DNA of 64,000 bases from Oikopleura dioica (GCA_907165135.1 OU015567.1:10044001-10108000); one strand, 5' to 3'; shown: positions 1 to 13,000, counted from the stretch's first letter. Numbers and translations are program-made. Notes: generated by a model not told the origin, from the letters alone.

Positions 1-2444
1 AGCGATTTACTGCCACAGAAGCCCTCCAACACAGCTGGTTCAAGGACAATAGAGAAAATCCACAGGAGCTTGTTGAGTTGATTGATAGAACTAAACGTCT
101 GGTGCGCGAGCAGGATGAGAAACAAATCACGATGCAGTATAAGAAGATGCTTCGAATTTACAAGGGCGGAGATCCGCTTTCGAATATCCCGAGAGATGGC
201 TCGATGCGTTCGAATTCTTCGAATCCAATTTCTGAAGACCGCTCTTCGGATGAAGAAGAAGAGGATGACGATCAAATGAGTTATCTTCAAAGTTCTACTT
301 CTAGCGCCGCTTCTGATAAATCAGCCTTTCCGCTCAATCACAGTCTCTCCAGGCCACCAACGATCCGTCCGATTCGAAATACGCAGCCTCAGCAACAACA
401 GCACGGAGGTGGTGTTGATCATTTTTCGGGAATGCCACCAATTTACAGCGTATCTTCTGGCTCAAGAGCATCAGGACCGCAAGACTTTTCCCAAGGACCA
501 CTTGGGAACGGTTTGAGCACGATCCGACCAGTGACTCTAATGAGGAAGCAAGAAGAAGAGAGGATAAAAGTCTCCGCATTTCGTGAACAAATGGGCAACT
601 ACAAGAAAATGCGACAAAGTCATCGTGCGATGATGCAAAATCTTGAGTCGACGCTTTCAAGTGAAATGGAAAACCACCAGCGAACGTTGCAAAATGAGCT
701 TAACAACATGCGCAAGAAGCATCAAAAAGATCGCCAGAAACTTGCCAACCGTCGGCTACAATCCATCGAGCGACTTGAGAAAGAAGGCGAGCAAGAACTC
801 CGAGCTTTTGACCGTCTTCTCTTTCAAAAGAAGAAGGCGAGAAAAAGTCGATGGAGGAAAAGCAGCGCGACGAAATGCGACGAGCAAATCAACGCTGGCG
901 AGCGGGAGAGCTTCCAGCTGGCGTCACGAGAGATCAACAAAAACTCAGCTTTGGTCGAGCTCAAGCAGAGCATCTGAAGCACTTCGATCGGAAGCAAAAG
1001 CAAGAGCACGATATGGAACTGAGAAAATATAAAAGAAAACGACTGACCGCGAGGCATAATGAAGAGCAACAAATGCTCAATGATGAGCTCAATGAGAGAC
1101 TAGAACGCATGAATGAAGAAAATTCATTGATGAAAACTCATCATGATGTTACTCAGAAAATGGAGTATAATCATATGAAGGTTTAGACAGATTTTCTAGC
1201 TCTTTATCTAGTTCCCTCTTTAGCAAGTTCACGAGTTGCGGCTGCAGCACCAAAAGATGCAACATGATATGGAAATCAAAGCTCAAAAAGTTCACATGCA
1301 GCAGTTAGAACAAGACATGAGGTAAGAGACGAGTTTTCCTTGATTTTAGGTCTATACCTTTTGTCTAGTCAGCGTCATCGGCAGGCCTTGAAGCAAGCAC
1401 CAAAGAACATGAAAGAACAAGAAGCAAAGATAAAGAAGACCTATCACGAGAGTATTAACCTTATCGAGAAACAATATAAAGGTTCGTGCTATTCAAATTT
1501 CCCCTTTATTAATTTAAATCATTAGCGTTCAAAAATCACATCCTTGAGCGATTCAACAAAGCCGATGCCAAGAAACAGTTGAAAAAGATGAAATCAGAGA
1601 GGAAGCAACGTCTCGCGTTGATGTGGGAGCAGTATGAAAAAACTATTCATGATTTGAAAGAGGTAGAGAAGAAAAGCAAAACAAGAAACTTGCATTTTTA
1701 ATTTCAGGATAACAAAGATCACATAACCGAAGCTCAAAATCATGAGTCTGAAAAGCTCAAACGCAGCCTTCAGAAAGATCTCATTCTGCTCCAAGACTAT
1801 CAAGTAACAGTCCCTTTTCTGAATCAAGTCTACTTTATTTTCTCAGGCGAAGAGGCGGCAGCATTTCGAAGACATGAATCGAGACGAAGAAGCATCCCTA
1901 GCCGATAAAGTCTCCGTCAGACTGTCGTTGATCATGCAACGCGAGGAAAAAAGTCACGAGAGTCATCAAAACGAACGCGCGGCAAAAATAAGAGCTCTCT
2001 CCGAACGCCAAGTAAGGCATCATCGAATGGTCATCAATTAATTTTTCTATTCTAGGCGAGGGAAATTGAAGACTTCGACGCAGAATCGCTACGGTTGGGC
2101 TTCAATACAGTGATTATCGACTCCAGATCAGGGAATTACTATCTCGTGAACCCTCCAGACGTAAGTTTATGTAAAAGGCTTAATGATAGAACAAATCTAC
2201 CTCGCTCGGAACTATCGAATAGATACTCATGGTGCGCAGTATCAATTAACTTTAATCGGGAAGTACTTCTGTGCATTATTTCTTTATATAAGAACCTTCG
2301 GAGAAAGCACGATTTTAATTTCGATTGTAGCGTCACTCTCCTGTTCCGGATCATTCGCGACGTTTGATGACCCCAGACGAGGTCAACCGGGCTTCACGCT
2401 CTTCGCATTCCTCCCGCTCTTCGAACGGCACAACCTTCCGTTGA
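1..2444 (+). CDS. TAOK: TAO-family STE20 kinase, 3' part (end of kinase domain plus coiled-coil tail); multi-exon, 5' end outside window
   Basis: Translates as ...EALQHSWF..LVELIDRTKRLVREQD, SAFREQMGNYKKMRQSH..LESTLSSEMENH and AREIEDFDAESLRLGF, matching remembered TAOK1/2 segments. Short GT-AG introns. One frame shift near 822. Confidence 0.9.
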
Positions 2445-3265
2445 AAAATAATGCACACTCACTATCACAAAAAAGAAAGCTCATCGACAAAGAAAATCAA
2501 CCAATTTTACTTCGCTCACCAAAAAAGCTCCACGCCTAAACTTGTATTTTGTAAATTCCTCCCTTTCTCAACCGTCTTATGTTATTTTTGCGTTCGAAAA
2601 AACCTATGGCTGTGAAAAATTCTCATTTTGTAAAAAGAGATGCAAATTTGATTATAAATATACAAATCTCCGCCGACCCCTCATTTTTCATCGATTTCGT
2701 GGACTTCTTCAATTTTCAAACAGTTCATCGAATTCTCGATTAATTTTCTTAATCCACTTCTTTCCATACGTGTTCCATTCTATTCTTTATCAACTCCGGA
2801 CTCCCCACGCCTTCCCAGTTTCTGATAAATTCCTGACCTATGTAATATTAATAATCTGGGTATGTATCGAGTTCAAAACACACTTTACTGCTCAACAAAT
2901 CATTCTCCGATTTCTCAATTTTGTTCAAGAATTTCCGCTCAAACAGATGCAATAAAAACAACTTGAACTGCGAATAAATATAATATCAGTAATTCAAAAT
3001 CAAACTTGCCCCGATGAGTAGTACTTTATCTGGGCAAAATACTTCATACTTCGGCAGGTGCAATTTGGAAGTACTTATGATAGGATCAATACCATAAAAA
3101 TTGAACTAGCGCTAGAGCTTCACGCAGGTCGATTTTAACGCGATAAGGGTGATATAAAAATAGCCATCTTGCGGCCTAAACTTGCGATTTCAATCTTGTG
3201 CTCGCTCAGTCATAAATACGGAACTCTCATCCGTCAGCAATCAGAAGAAAAAAATAATAGAGAAA

Positions 3266-4003
3266 ATGGCATTAAAGCGACTTATGAATTTGCGACTAGC
3301 AGCTCAATACACTGCACTTTTCCAGCTTTTCTTTATCATGGGCGTTTTGGTCTACTCCAGTGTGGAGACCTGGGACAAAAGTGCGGAGGATATTCAAAGC
3401 GGAAGATTGAGTTTCAACGTCGTCGGCTACTACACTGCTATTTTCGGCCTCGTCGGCTTGTTCACTGCCGTCGAGCTTTATGCTCATTGCTTCAACATGA
3501 TGCGATTCTGGGTGATTGCCACTGTTATTGCGCTTTATGTTTTTGGTGGAATCATGTCTTGCTTTGGCTTTGCTGTATCTCTTGTCATCCTCCTCGACGA
3601 TGACGATTCCCAGAGTCCACTAAATCCGCACGTAAGGCCCCTACAGTCTGCAGATTTTATGTCCCTCATCCCTCCACAGAAGCACAAACCACTTACAAAA
3701 GAAGAATCCGAATTCCTCCTTCTCTTCATGGTTTGCCTTGGCTCATTGGCGATCATTATCACCGGGCGAATTGCTCTAGCCTTCTACACGATCAAGGCGC
3801 ACAAGGCTGAGACTTTGCGAACAATTCGAGCGATACGAAACGTGGGTATGACATTCGACATGAGTCAGTTCCCGCCCAACTCTGAAGTACTCTCCGTTGA
3901 CCGGACATCACTTGCAGCCTCTACAAATCCACCGGCTTACAATGAATGTGTCAAAGAAGAAGGAAGCTTGCCAAGATACTGTGACATAAAAGATTTCTCC
4001 TAA
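3266..4003 (+). CDS. Intronless four-TM membrane protein with C-terminal PY motifs (LAPTM-like)
   Basis: 245-aa ORF from ATG 3266 with four hydrophobic segments. The tail has PPAY, LPRY and a terminal YCDI (YxxPhi). Family assignment is by architecture only. Confidence 0.55.
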   Translation: MALKRLMNLRLAAQYTALFQLFFIMGVLVYSSVETWDKSAEDIQSGRLSFNVVGYYTAIFGLVGLFTAVELYAHCFNMMRFWVIATVIALYVFGGIMSCFGFAVSLVILLDDDDSQSPLNPHVRPLQSADFMSLIPPQKHKPLTKEESEFLLLFMVCLGSLAIIITGRIALAFYTIKAHKAETLRTIRAIRNVGMTFDMSQFPPNSEVLSVDRTSLAASTNPPAYNECVKEEGSLPRYCDIKDFS

Positions 4004-4613
4004 CTGTTTCTTTCGACAAAAAAAAATACTCAAAATAAACTTATACGATCAACTCCCAATTTTTAAATTGCTTGTTGCATGAAAAATACGATAAATATGC
4101 CCAATTTCTTTTACAAAAATATCATATTTCAGGTGCTACCAGTTTGTTCCTGTTTCCAAAACAGCTCCTTTGATCGCCATTTGAAATTTCCTTCTCGCCC
4201 TAGTGACCAAGTAGGTGCCCCCGGAGCAACCTGTTTTGTCAAAAAATCTCTCTCCTTCTTTTCAAAAGATAAACAATTCAGCCTATTTCCTTTCAATTGC
4301 CCTCGTTTTTCAATTTGGCGTAGCACCGTTGGGAAAAATAAGAGAAAGGGAAATCTGACTAGGCAGGAGACTTAGCCTAGAAACAGATCGACGATACTAT
4401 CAGAGCCGCTCGAGTGTGACAGACCTGGTAGGATCAGAAGTCGCGAGAGAATAACGACATAAGAGAGCAAACGAGGAAGAAAGTAACTTAACTCGTAAAA
4501 TCGACGAACGCCCATTCGAAACGTGTTACAAACTTGTAAATAAAAGAAGACGCAAGTCAGATAAAAAATAATAAACGAAATCAAGGAAGAAGTATTCGGA
4601 AGAGAAATAAAAA

Positions 4614-4822
4614 ATGGAAAATCCTAATTTCAAAGCAGAAGAGTTAGAACATCAAGAAACGCAAATAGGAAAACATGTTATCAGCAGAAAATTACCAGGA
4701 GAGGTAAGTGATCGAATCCATCATCATTGCTTCTATAAACTAGCGTTATTTAGATCTTCTTGCCAATTATTATTCTCAGCATACCGATTACTTGCTTTTT
4801 TATTGCCAAATTTGCCATTTAG
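4614..4822 (+). CDS. 52-aa tail-anchored microprotein (2 exons)
   Basis: Exon 4614-4703, GTAAGT..TTTAG intron 4704-4753, exon 4754-4822. Product: MENPNFKAEELEHQETQIGKHVISRKLPGE-IFLPIIILSIPITCFFIAKFAI*. Confidence 0.5.
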
Positions 4823-5080
4823 ATTTTTATGGGTCTCGAAAACCTTAAGTCTTTCCACCTTTACCTAGACATTACGCTACCTGAGTAAAGACTTTACTTA
4901 GATCGGAATTTTCTCAAGCTTTCTCTGTCAATTTTGAGCCCTATTAGCGATGTAATTATCCTATCTTTTTACCCTCGCTCATCGTTCAAAATGTTCTTTC
5001 AAATATGATTTCAAATTTCAAGAAAAATGAGAAAGTGACTATTTCATAGTCGGTATGAAATTTTATTTCAGAAATATGAT

Positions 5081-5281
5081 ATGGAAAAAGAACGAAGAGA
5101 AGAATCTCCGACAGAGAAAAACGTCATGAACAGTGGAAATATCGAAGTCTCTCAAAGTAGATTTGAAGAGCTTCGGAACTGGCTACTAGACGGCCCGATG
5201 GTACGATCAGTAATTATGGCCGTTGAGTGGTTCCTTGTTGTTGCCATCGTTGTTGGTGCGGTTCTGGCTATTCCTCAGTGA
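5081..5281 (+). CDS. 66-aa tail-anchored microprotein
   Basis: ATG preceded by an acceptor-like TTTATTTCAG. Charged N-terminus, C-terminal hydrophobic helix VIMAVEWFLVVAIVVGAVLAIP. Confidence 0.5.
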   Translation: MEKERREESPTEKNVMNSGNIEVSQSRFEELRNWLLDGPMVRSVIMAVEWFLVVAIVVGAVLAIPQ

Positions 5282-6321
5282 ACAATTACTGTTTTTTCTG
5301 CTGTATATTTTCTGTATGATAATGAAAATCGAACAAATAGAACAACTTCTTCAGATCTTTTTAGAATTTTTTTATTAGTGAAGACATAAACGAAGTGGCA
5401 GAGGATCAGTTGTGAGAGGAAAGAAACAAAGATGTTAACCGGGGATATTGTCGAAAAGGTGCTGGTTCTGGTTTCGGCCTGCATTTCCCTGGAAAAATTT
5501 AATGATTATATTAGCTATTATTATAAGCCAAACCTTTTTCTCGGTCGATTCGATAGTTTCGCGATCGTAACCGCTTGAGGAGCTAAGGTCTTGGATGGAA
5601 CACCTCGAAAATTGGGCGTATCCGCTGTCAGACAACTCGTTCGCTGCGTACTCCGCTAGTTGGTATCTGCTACTCTTATCGAAGAGCTTGTCGTCTGAAA
5701 GTAGCGTTACTGTGTATGGGTCGACGAAGCGCAACTCATTGGTGCGCTCGACGATGTTGGACACGATGTATTCGTCGACAAGGTGGGGGCAGTTAGAGAA
5801 GACGAAGTATTTGACGTCTAGAAGGGTGATGTAACCGTTCTTGCTTTCTTCGATAGTGCTTGCGATTCGCGTCGCTAGAATTAATCAATTAAGCGTTCGA
5901 TGTTTCTCTATCTTACCAATGACAGTGTAAACAGCTCGTCGAAACTCCTCAAGTGACTTTCCATCCCGTCGGTACATGAGGAATCGCATAAAGCAGCCGG
6001 CTTTGTAGACGATTTCTTTGCCCTTCTTAGAAGTCAGGAATCCCTTCTGTCTGCTCTCATCCCACCACCATCGGGCAATGTGATCGAATGTGTCGGGCGT
6101 GTTTCGGAGAAGAAATTCGCGGTTGGTAAAGTCGAACTCAATGGAAATGTGGAAATGGGGCACGAAGTGACGTCGTCGTCGTATTTCTCCCAGTCCCTAA
6201 AGCAGGCTGTATCTCTGGCGCTAGAAGAGAATGTACTTACAGTCATCCAATACAAGTAGAAGCGCTTGAGATTCCCTTTCATATTACGATTTTCAAGGGG
6301 AGAAGTTATCTTTTCATGCAT
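5275..6321 (-). CDS. Uncharacterised multi-exon protein
   Basis: A 44-nt GT-AG intron (6197-6240) joins MHEK..YWMT to GLGEIRRRRHFVPHFHISIEF..WWWDE. Further exon-like ORFs at 5435-5764. Ends uncertain. Confidence 0.4.
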
Positions 6322-6584
6322 TTAGGCTGCATCAAGCTGGCCACCGTTCGCCGAATATCTAACGGTCTCATTCGGAGCTCAGCTCCGATATTTTCTTCAT
6401 TTTCACTATAATATGTCATGATACAGCTTTCCACTCTAAAAAGGAAGTTGAAAAAATGATAAAGAAAGCCCTGCTAACTTGGAAACGTTGAGTTTTTCGA
6501 AGCGATGTAAAAACTTGTTGATCGCGAGCTGAATGACATCGACCCGGAAGTCTTTAATCTAGGCTTGACAACCTGTGTAAAACT

Positions 6585-6678
6585 CCTGACTCAGGGTACT
6601 AAAAGATCTTGAAAAGCTGCGTTACCAGATTCTCATTCAAGGTTTTTCATTCAAGATCTTTAGGTACCCTGACTCAGG
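6585..6678. repeat. 94-bp hairpin with 29-bp inverted arms (MITE-like), each arm containing TGACTCA
   Basis: CCTGACTCAGGGTACTAAAAGATCTTGAA pairs with TTCAAGATCTTTAGGTACCCTGACTCAGG (26/29 by eye). Confidence 0.6.
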
Positions 6679-7128
6679 ATTCCTACACAGGTTGTCGAGC
6701 CCAGTCTTCGAGTCCAGGGTTGAGTGGACCGAACTGAACTTCGGTCAGGTCCGGCATTTGCAAATCTTGTTCCCAGTCGAGAGTCATTCCCAATTCTATT
6801 TCTAAATGAATAACTCAAAAAATCAATTGAAAGTGAAAATGATCCGTCTCTCTGAAGAAAAAAATCGCTAATGTAAATCTCGGTGAAGCCGTTTTTCGAA
6901 ATGAAAAAAATGAAAACTGGATTTTTTTCGATTCGGAGAAGAACGAGCCAGGGGGCAGCGCCAGATCGAGCCACTTTTTTCGATAGACGGTTTTTTCTGG
7001 AAAAAATTTCGGGACGATTCATGCTCGACACTGGCCAATCCGCTGACTAGCAGGTAGGTTTTGGGGCCACTCTAACATCTCGTGCCTTCCCGGACTCATT
7101 TCCGCATCAGAAATCGAAAAAAGCAGAA

Positions 7129-8422
7129 ATGGAAGTCGAGCCACAGGTAAGTCTGACAGACCCCTTATTTTTAATGAGAGCCGAGTACCAAGAGATCGAA
7201 AACACTTATAAACTCACCTTATTAAGTACACGATTTTCAATTTTCGCTTAAAAATTAATTGGAACAGTATCAGTGAAACTGTATCATCTTTTTTCTCAAT
7301 AAAAATCAGAGTGAGAGAAGAACGAAATTCACCGGATAATCTAGAGATCTTGAAAGTCACAGTACCCCTATTCGTTTCTGTTTTCGTCTAGAAATGTGAA
7401 TTATGCTTGATTTAACTGAAGATATCAATTTGGCGCATTTCAAGTTGCCCTTTTTGGCGCATGTTCAATTCAGTTAGAATTTGCTCTGGCGCCAACTTTG
7501 GATTGATTTCAATCAACGAAATCTAAAAAAATGAGTCCAAGCGCGCAGGAGATTCAGTTGTGATTTGCGCACAACCGAAACAGTTGAAAGGCTACTTTTT
7601 TGCGTATTTTACTCTTGACAATGGTTCTCACCGGATCCGCCCCAGAGACTGACTCTCTTGAGATTGCCCAGGTCGCCCAGACGATCAAGACGATCGATCT
7701 TGCTGAAGATGATGCCGAAGACGTCGACTTTGTCGTCCCAGACGAGGATTTGGAGGTAAGGAAGCTTCAGAAACTGACATCCTTTCGTAACTTGTTTTAG
7801 CTTGCTGATGAATCATCCGCTGATGAATCTTCCGACGAAGAAGGGGAAAACGAGGGCGAGAAAGGATCCCTCGAAGTTGTTGAGGAAGACTTCTGCGTCG
7901 AAATCGTCAACGGCGAGTTCAAAAAACTGAAGTTCAACCAGGACCAGCACATGGAGGGCGATTCACAGGTATTTGAAACTCTACAGATCGATTTTTCATG
8001 CTTCGAATGTAGGAGGAAGCTGACTCCCAAGAAGAGGACAACGAAGGCATCACCCTGAAATCCCTCGAGGCCGATCTTCCCGACGAAGACGAAGAAGCCG
8101 ATCCCAACTTTGATCCATGCGCGGTAGGTTTATTCTTTGATAGAAATCTTTGAAAGTTTTTGAGCAAAAAAATAACCGAGAAACTTCAGGAAACCCTCAG
8201 CGATGTCGAAATTGACGCTGAAGAAGTCACCCAAGACGACCCGATGGAGACTGAAAACGTCGAAGGAGTCCACAAAAAGACCGGCGAAATCCTCAGATGT
8301 GAGTTTATATTGAAAATTCAATCAAATAACATCAATCTTTAGGCATCAAAATCAACGAGGACGAGATGAAAGTGATGACGGGCGAAGACAACAAGGAGGA
8401 AAGCGAAGAAATGAAAGAGTAA
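7129..8422 (+). CDS. Highly acidic low-complexity protein, multi-exon
   Basis: MEVEPQ followed by a GTAAGT donor. D/E-rich exons at about 7660-7757, 7801-7968, 8013-8124, 8191-8298 and 8343-8422, separated by short GT-AG introns. Confidence 0.65.
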
Positions 8423-8570
8423 AAACCAGCGCGCGAAGACTCACTGCCAGCTTTTTTATTCTGTTTTAATCAAAAACTCATTCCTCAAGAATAAAATTGT
8501 TAAACAGATAAACTAAGCGCTCTTTAATTTTTATTGACATGTATCAATTCGCTCCTTTGTCATGCATAAT

Positions 8571-9325
8571 TTACAAAACGATCGCCGCGAAAGTAGCAGC
8601 CGCACTAGCAGCAGCAGTCCCAACAGCAGTCGCAGTAGTGCTAGCGGCAGCAGCAGTTCCAGCCGCGGCGGCTGAAGCAGCGGCGCCAGTTGCAGCAGCT
8701 CCGGAAGCAGTCGCAGCTGAAATGGCGGCTCCAGTCGATGCAAGAGCTCCGGCAACTCCGGTAGAAGTAGCAGCGGCAGAAATAGCAGCGCCAGTCGATG
8801 TTAGTGCTCCAGCAACACTTGTAGACGTTGCCGCGGCAGTGAGAGCAGCACCAGTTGCACTTGCGGCAGCGGTTGCTCCGGAGACCACTCCAGCAGTCGC
8901 TCCAGCGAGACCAGTGGCGGTGGCAACTGAGGAGATGGCTGCTCCAGCTGCTGTAGCGGCAGAGGTCAGTCCGGCAGCGGAAGCTCCTAAAATAAAAATC
9001 ACTTGAGAAAGACTCGGCCTCCGTACCTGATGCGAGAGCTCCACCAACAGCACCAGTAGTAGCACCAATAGCACTTCCAACAGCGGCGCCTACTCCAGTT
9101 GCACCAGCAGATTGAAGAAAAGCAAATGTACTACCAGCGACGACATTGCCAATACCTGCTTGCCACCCTGCAGCAGCTGATCCAGCAGCGATTCCAGCGC
9201 CAGTGAATCCAGCCGCAGCAAGAGCTAAGCATCGATAAAAAATAAGAAACTACTCCGGTGGTACCTGAAAATCCAGCATACCCGCCGACCGCAGCAGCAG
9301 CAATGGGAATTAGTGGGAGTGGCAT
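8571..9325 (-). CDS. IFI27: IFI6/IFI27 (ISG12)-family protein with long Ala/Thr/Gly tail, 3 exons
   Basis: Splicing out two 40-nt GT-AG introns (9225-9264, 8987-9026) gives LAAAGFTGAGIAAGSAAAGWQAGIGNVVAGSTFAFLQSAGATG, which fits the family signature GFT..GIA..S.AA...G.V..GS....LQS.GA.G. Confidence 0.8.
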
Positions 9326-10085
9326 TTCTCTGAAAAAATATATTTCAAATGAGCTACCTCATAAAAGAAAAATTTGTTCTCAGCGCCACCCCTTTTCCCT
9401 TTTCAATATTATCACTATCGCGTCAAACGCCCCCGCTGGGCAGCATAGTCCGAGTTCAATTCAAGGAAGACTTTAGAAGTGCACAGGAAACATTTTAGTT
9501 TAGACCTCTTATCGAAAACGGCGTTTTCGCAAAGTATCTTGGAGATAAAAATAAAATTCGTGCTAGAAATTGAGAGGACTGCTTTTAGTTTGCTATTCTT
9601 CTGCATGCAAATACTGTTAGCTTACTTTTGTTAGTAATATTTGACCAGTGAATATGCTTACGTCCTAGAGTTATCGGAAAGCTTCAGTTGACATCAGTAG
9701 GGTAGAATGCCATCAAATAGTTGACATCTTATTAATCTAAAATTAATTATGATAATTATTTGATAAATTTAATTTTTGATAATAAAACGGTTTTGATATT
9801 TTTGCTTGCTATGTTGAAATCTATTTTTGGAGAAGCTCTCCTCCGCCTTCAGGGTTTATATGAGTAACGCGTTCCACCACTGTTGATTCTCAGTTCTTGA
9901 TTTTTCTTATAACTTATGTTCTTTAGGATTATTGATGTTTATTTTAAAAATATATATTCAGAGTGAGCAGTGAGCGCAAGACAGGATGTATGAGTAAAAA
10001 TTAAACTACGTGATCAAGCAAAAATTTCGGCGCGGGAAAGAACACGTGTTCAAAAATAGCTTGAAAGAGAATTCGAAGTCAGAGA

Positions 10086-13000
10086 ATGAGGAAGAAAGAC
10101 TACGTGGAGCTTTTGTCCAAGGAGTTGTATCACTGTCGAAGGTGCAAAAAGGCGCTGGAGTTGATTGAAAATGGAGCGACGAATCAGTATCAGGATGCGA
10201 ACGGATTTACGGCTATGTACTGGTTCTGTACTAAAGCTGATTGCCTCCCGGTTGTCAAAGGTACCCTTTTCAGTGAAGGGTCGATCAAACTGTTCTTTCA
10301 GCTTTGCTATCAAGATTTCCCGCAGAAATCGATACAACTAATCGTTGGGACAAAACTCCACTTTTTGCTGCTTATAATACCAATAATCGTCTTTGTTGGC
10401 AGTTTTTAGTCCGCCAGAAAGCCAAGAGAAGGTTTTTCACATGGTTCATCGCCAAAAACGCAAAAATTGACATCATGGGCGCGTTTTCAATTCATTCTCC
10501 CGAATTTATTGTTTGAAGCAACTTGAAAACGCATGATAGAATTTCTTCTCAAGCATTTTCGTGAACCAAACAAGCCATTTCGAAGAGATCTTGCCCAACT
10601 TGCCAGCATCGATTTCGACAAAATATACAAAGCCACGATTCGTCGAAAGTTTATAGAGCTCGACAGATTTCTTCGAAAAAAGAAAATCACGACTCTTACT
10701 GACATGGAAAACCCAGTCCAGTTTTGGCTGCAGAATCATCGACTTCTTGGGTCAGATTATTTAGACACGATTTCAAAGTCATCCCCAGGTTTTAGTTCGA
10801 AATTAGTGGTTTAGAATTAGCGCTGCTTGATATTTATATTCGCATGGTAGTCGCCCAAATTGCTTGCTCGCTAGATTGAAACAGATTTTTAAATGGTTTA
10901 CTAACAAGAAACGAACTATTTCGAGTTCTATTTAAAAAGTCGCTGCGAAATCTTGGTCGATTGAAGACCACTCAAAATCTAGATTTAGAAGCACTCAAAA
11001 CGCTCGACAAGCATCTTAAATGTTCTGATACTTTGATCGACGGTTTGCAAAACCCTATTGTTTGGTGGATTAGGCAAGAAGGCTCTCTTGGCTTGGAAGT
11101 GCTTGAAAAGATCAGAAAACGGAAAAACTTTGATGAAATTCTCCAAAAAGACGTTGCAACAATAGTCTCTGAAGGATTGAATGATCTGTTTGTCGTAAAC
11201 GGGCTGCTCGAATTGATCAAGTTCTTTGAAAATGAAGACAACGCTCCTCAGGAAAACCTTGATTCCGGAGTAATTGACCCGGATGGACATCTTCAAATAA
11301 TCTTCTCAGAACTTCAACATCTTCAACGGCCACTTTTCGTCTGGTCGACTAAAGCGGCAATCATCGGTCCAGCAGGTCTTCAACTTCTTTCAAAATCATT
11401 CGACTTCGAGGATCTTCTTAAAAACGAACTATCGACGATTCTTGAAGAAATGTCTGAAGAACATATATTTGGCTTGAATTTGATTCAGCGGTATTGCTCT
11501 GACAATGATATCGAGCTGAAAGTGGCGTTGCCAAAAGATATTCTCGACAAATGGATGAATGTAAAGGACGAAGACAATTTTCTCCTGGAAATGATCATTG
11601 ATTCCGCGGACTCAGTTGAAATCCTCCTACGATCATTGTTTGACATCATCTGCGATCATGAAGATTTCGAAGAGCTCTACCCGAAGTTAGATAAACTTGG
11701 AACTTATCTGCAGCTAAAAGAGTTCGAATTTGCAAATCCGATCCGTTGGTGGGTCCTCGAAGAAGGCAAAGCTGGAGGCGAGCTACTGACAGCTCTGATC
11801 AAAAAAGACTTTGAAGAAGTAATCGTTGAGGACTTCGCAATGATGGCTTATTTTAAAGAGTTCGCTCTTTATGATTCCGCAAAAGTTGGAGTTCTATCAC
11901 TCGCTTCTTATGCTCTCAGTAAAAATTTGGCACAAAGCGCCAACAAGGGATTCGCTAAAATTCTACCAAGCCCGCTTCAGTGGTGGTCTGAGCTTCCATT
12001 TGGAGACTTCATCGGCTCCGTTCGGCTACTCAAATCGTCTGAGAAAGTGTCGATCGTGATGGAAGACATGGAAGACTACCAACTCGAGAAGAATCCAATT
12101 TTTACGAACGGAAATCAATTTCTCGATGTTCTTTTCTCAGACTTTTGCGGGTCTCCGATTACTAGTGTTCTTCTAGAGCTCAGTAAGATCGAGAAGAAGT
12201 ATCAACGGCAAATCTGTGACTATATCAATCAGTCTGAAAGAAAATTCTCAAAATGCGATCATTCGCTTGTTTTCTGGCTTCTTCTATCGGATAAATTTTG
12301 TCCAGATGTTCTTGAGCTTTTTTATGGCGGAGTCGACCAGATCACTTCTGTTCTTCGAGAACTTCACGAATTAAAGCTTTTAGACAGCGAGCTTACAGAT
12401 GGACTTTATCAACTGATGATAGCTAAAGAAGATGACTTCAAAACTGTATTTAGTAAAATAGGAAAGGTCAGAGAGAAACTTTTCTTTCTTGAAATAGGTT
12501 TCGTTTTCGACCTTCATCAGAAAACCCATTGCTTCTTTGGTTTACACATGGAAAATCATCCCCGGAGAAAAGCATGAAAATCTTCATGAACACCGTTGAA
12601 AACCCTGAAGAATCAATTTGCCAAGAAATCAAAGCTCTTCGTGATAGTTACGTCCTCAACAATTATTCAGAAGAAATCACTCTCTTCGTAAAAATATTGA
12701 TGCTGTTCCCTGAGCACTCTCATTTAGCGAAAATTATAATCGACAATCTCGGGAATCCCCTCATTTGGTGGTACAAATTCTCCAATGACGAGGATTTTGT
12801 CGACACAATATCGAAAATGGACGATTTCGTCGATTACTTCAAAGACTTTCTTTTAGAAAACTTCCCAGAGCCTGAAAAAGCGTACTTAGCCATAAGCTCG
12901 GGGTTCTGATAACTCATCTCTTCCATATTTCAAGCACTTTTGAAAACCCTAGACAAGCTCAAGACGAGAAGCTGTAACTGAATTTCTTGAAAACTTTCCT

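Noticed and set aside
810-851. Frame change inside the TAO kinase CDS as a programmed -1 frameshift
   Set aside because: There is no X XXY YYZ slippery heptamer. The CTCTCTTT context and a conserved gene point to a consensus indel error.
8531-9006. Long overlapping ORFs on the + strand and the alternative Cys-rich frame
   Set aside because: These are shadows of the GCN-rich Ala/Thr tail of the IFI27-like gene; the splice signals support only the minus-strand frame.
10510-10890. In-frame TGA codons in the ankyrin-pseudokinase gene as selenocysteine or readthrough
   Set aside because: They lie at unresolved exon junctions, frame changes are needed anyway, and no SECIS was identified.
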